From Bdellovibrionales bacterium (GTDB lineage: Bacteria; Bdellovibrionota; Bdellovibrionia; Bdellovibrionales; JAUICD01), in NCBI GenBank assembly GCA_965262715.1, contig OZ253553.1:864001-928000 (forward strand): a stretch of 64,000 nt of DNA, read 5' to 3'. The notes beneath the pieces are model-generated. The model saw only the letters and a program-made list of their open reading frames with translations. It made no database searches and was not told the origin of the DNA. Made by a program: the position numbers and the translations under genes. This document shows, one piece after another, positions 62,027 through 64,000 of this stretch (the stretch's first letter is position 1; each line of letters begins with the position of its first letter).

Positions 62027-62316
62027 AATAAAGCTTATTATTGTGCTGTTGTCGTCGCTGCTGCTACTGATAATGGTCTCGCTTCTGAATAAGGGCCTAC
62101 TATAATAGTATCTGCATCAATAACTACACGAATGCGAACTCTCCAATAATAGGTTCCATCATTAAGCGTATTTGCAAGAGTGAAACTTTTTGATGGATTT
62201 GCTAAATCTGAAATATCTATAGTGCCTGTTGCTTCAATACTGCTAAACGCTTGATCAGAAGCAAGTTGAAATTCATATTGAATGCTATAGACGCTAATAA
62301 GAGTAGTGAGGATAGT
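62027..62316 (+). repeat. 290-bp direct target duplication, right copy
   Basis: Copy of 59817-60106. Confidence 0.95.
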
Positions 62317-62883
62317 GCTACAGTTTGCAATGTCTTCATTGACTGAGAAATTCAATAGCTGACTATCAAGTTCTGTTGTTTCAGGAACAGGTATGAAACA
62401 TGTCAGGTTTGGCGCATTAAATTCAGCAGCATCTGAATAGTCTCCAACAATATCTTCTTCTCCTTCTTTTCTTGCGACTCTACGGACTTTTATATAGTAG
62501 GTTTCACCATGGTTTAACTCTGGCCAAGCAACGTCATCAAAATTAGGAGTGTATATCGTTCCACTTGTTGTTGTCATTTCTTGAACACTCACATGTTGAT
62601 CATAAACAGTATCTGTAAACTCTTCATCAGAGCCAATCACTACTTGATACAATATTTCATAGCCATCTATCTCAACGTCACTATCTACAGAAAATAAAGA
62701 AAAACTACCTATTCCCACATTAGCACTATCTGGAATAATAATATTAGGAGCTGTTAATTGAGAAGCTATACTATCATCTCCAGAGTCATTGCCTTGACAG
62801 CCCGCCAGACTTAAAAATAGAAAACAAATTAATGACATTAATTTAAGACTTTTTGTTGAACTTGATTGATAAAACTTTTGCAT
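62038..62883 (-). CDS. Acidic lipoprotein with two FN3-like beta domains (intact copy)
   Basis: Lipobox LAGC; GETYYIKVR and DGTYYWRVR...GPYSE motifs. Confidence 0.8.
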   Translation of the reverse strand: MQKFYQSSSTKSLKLMSLICFLFLSLAGCQGNDSGDDSIASQLTAPNIIIPDSANVGIGSFSLFSVDSDVEIDGYEILYQVVIGSDEEFTDTVYDQHVSVQEMTTTSGTIYTPNFDDVAWPELNHGETYYIKVRRVARKEGEEDIVGDYSDAAEFNAPNLTCFIPVPETTELDSQLLNFSVNEDIANCSTILTTLISVYSIQYEFQLASDQAFSSIEATGTIDISDLANPSKSFTLANTLNDGTYYWRVRIRVVIDADTIIVGPYSEARPLSVAAATTTAQ

Positions 62884-62927
62884 GATGTGCCCCTTTTCTG
62901 TAAATAAAAAAACCCATATATATACGA

Positions 62928-63088
62928 AGCAATTTTGTTGCCATTTTTACAATTCTGATTGTTTTTTTAATCAAATGAACAAATTCCATTTAAGTATCAA
63001 TTAGTTATAACAAGTGCTTATTTTGAGGTAGGAGTTGATGTAAGTCATTTAGTGTATAAAGATTGTACAAGTGTATAAATTATTGACA
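62928..63088 (-). promoter_or_regulatory. Sigma-54 promoter with IHF box and tandem TGT...ACA enhancer-like boxes
   Basis: Minus strand TGGCAACAAAATTGCT (GG-N10-GC) at 62928-62943; TATCAAttagTTA at 62995-63007; tgtataaagattgtaca and tgtataaattattgaca at about 63052-63088. Confidence 0.65.
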
Positions 63089-63151
63089 TAAAAAAGAAAT
63101 AATCTGAACTCTTTAAGTTATTAGACTTAAGTTCATGATATCAATTTTTAT

Positions 63152-63786
63152 GATTCATAACTCTACTTAAGCTTTTTTTTTTCGATCTCCGGCACTCAAG
63201 TAATCTGGCACACTGTAATTGGATATGAGGCCTGCAAATCAGTGATTTTGTTTGCATCGTCATAAATAAAAACATTTTCCTCCTAAAAATGAACAGATTT
63301 TTGAGGCAATAAACACTTTATGAGAGCATTAGCCGTCATGATTATTGCCCAAAAACAACCAGAGGCTCACCTCGAGAGGTTGGTTCATTTTTAGGGAAAC
63401 AAATTAGATGCAAAAATCCAAATTACTGATGCTAGATTTTATGATTCCGGATACGGTATGCCGGTTGCCTCGATTGCTAGATACTGGAAAGCTGATGGTG
63501 AATCAAAAATATTTTTAACTGTAAAAAGGTTTTGTTGCACAAGCATGTGTAGGAGAATTATGGCAGGTTTCTGAAATAGGACTAGGCCAATGCCTTAGGG
63601 AATAAATATTTCTTAAAATATTTTATTCTATAATAAAATCTCAAAATAATAGCAACGTAAGGCACGGGGGTTGCCTAGTGCCTATGGAAAAAGCCTGCCA
63701 TAACTCTCTAACCTTTATATACATATTCTTTAAATCTTTTTGCAACAAACCCCTGTAAAAATTAACATCTTAAAGTGTCATAAACC
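63152..63786. mobile_element. Decayed GGTTCATG-family element containing hairpin copy E and an IS903 MITE
   Basis: Right end cttaaagtgtcataaacc resembles the TIR; ccgg/ggca motifs; hairpin 63282-63395. The left boundary is uncertain. Confidence 0.55.
63528..63752. mobile_element. IS903-group MITE (225 bp)
   Basis: ggttttgttgca / tgcaacaaaccc ends; 9-bp TSD ctgtaaaaa (63519-63527, 63753-63761). Confidence 0.9.
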
Positions 63787-63910
63787 TAATTTTAATATCT
63801 TATCTTGAAATGGTAACAGCCCTAAGAGTATGGTTAACCTTTGACTTTGGTCTGGATTATAAAATAGAGTAGAGATCCACAAAAAATGCAGGGGAGAAAA
63901 GCTATCTTAT

Positions 63911-64000
63911 ATGAATATTTCAAAAAAATCCCCTCTTCTTATTATTTTTTTCACTATATGCATTGATCTTATTGGTTTTGGGATTATTATTCCACTAAGC
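63911..64000 (+). CDS. MFS transporter (TetA-like), 5' end only
   Basis: MNISKKSPLLIIFFTICIDLIGFGIIIPLS matches the first TM of TetA/DHA1 exporters; runs off the window. Confidence 0.7.
   Translation, partial: MNISKKSPLLIIFFTICIDLIGFGIIIPLS

Noticed and set aside
1..64000. rRNA or tRNA genes
   Set aside because: No rRNA-like tract or cloverleaf with a T-loop/CCA signature was recognised by eye; a tRNAscan/Infernal run would be needed to exclude them formally.

Overview
AT-rich bacterial chromosomal window. The gene set suggests Bdellovibrionota (inference from an FQNC-type lipoprotein, long-form PhhA, TamB/BamA and sigma-54 promoters). Housekeeping genes include PBP1A, UvrA, GGT, ETF-QO, trigger factor, SppA, DppA, PyrD, HemW, GrpE, DnaJ, QueD and PhhA, and they are interspersed with many recently active mobile elements. 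The main observation is three IS1634-family insertions, from two different elements, each flanked exactly by a very long direct target duplication of 189, 1663 and 290 bp. Every duplication begins with A and ends with T. The 1.66-kb duplication copies a whole gene and leaves both cut genes intact. Other mobile DNA: an IS3 nested in one IS1634; two IS903-group IS5 elements plus MITEs sharing a flippable hairpin-bounded cassette; a transposase-less element (17-bp TIR, 8-bp TSD) carrying a four-helix-bundle gene, with several decayed copies; and a dispersed ~100-nt hairpin family showing compensatory base changes. Candidate recombination or enhancer sites (IHF box + palindrome with 8-bp core) lie upstream of a Cys-rich repeat surface protein and beside a FimB-sized tyrosine recombinase. 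No rRNA, tRNA or CRISPR array was recognised. All alignments were done by eye.
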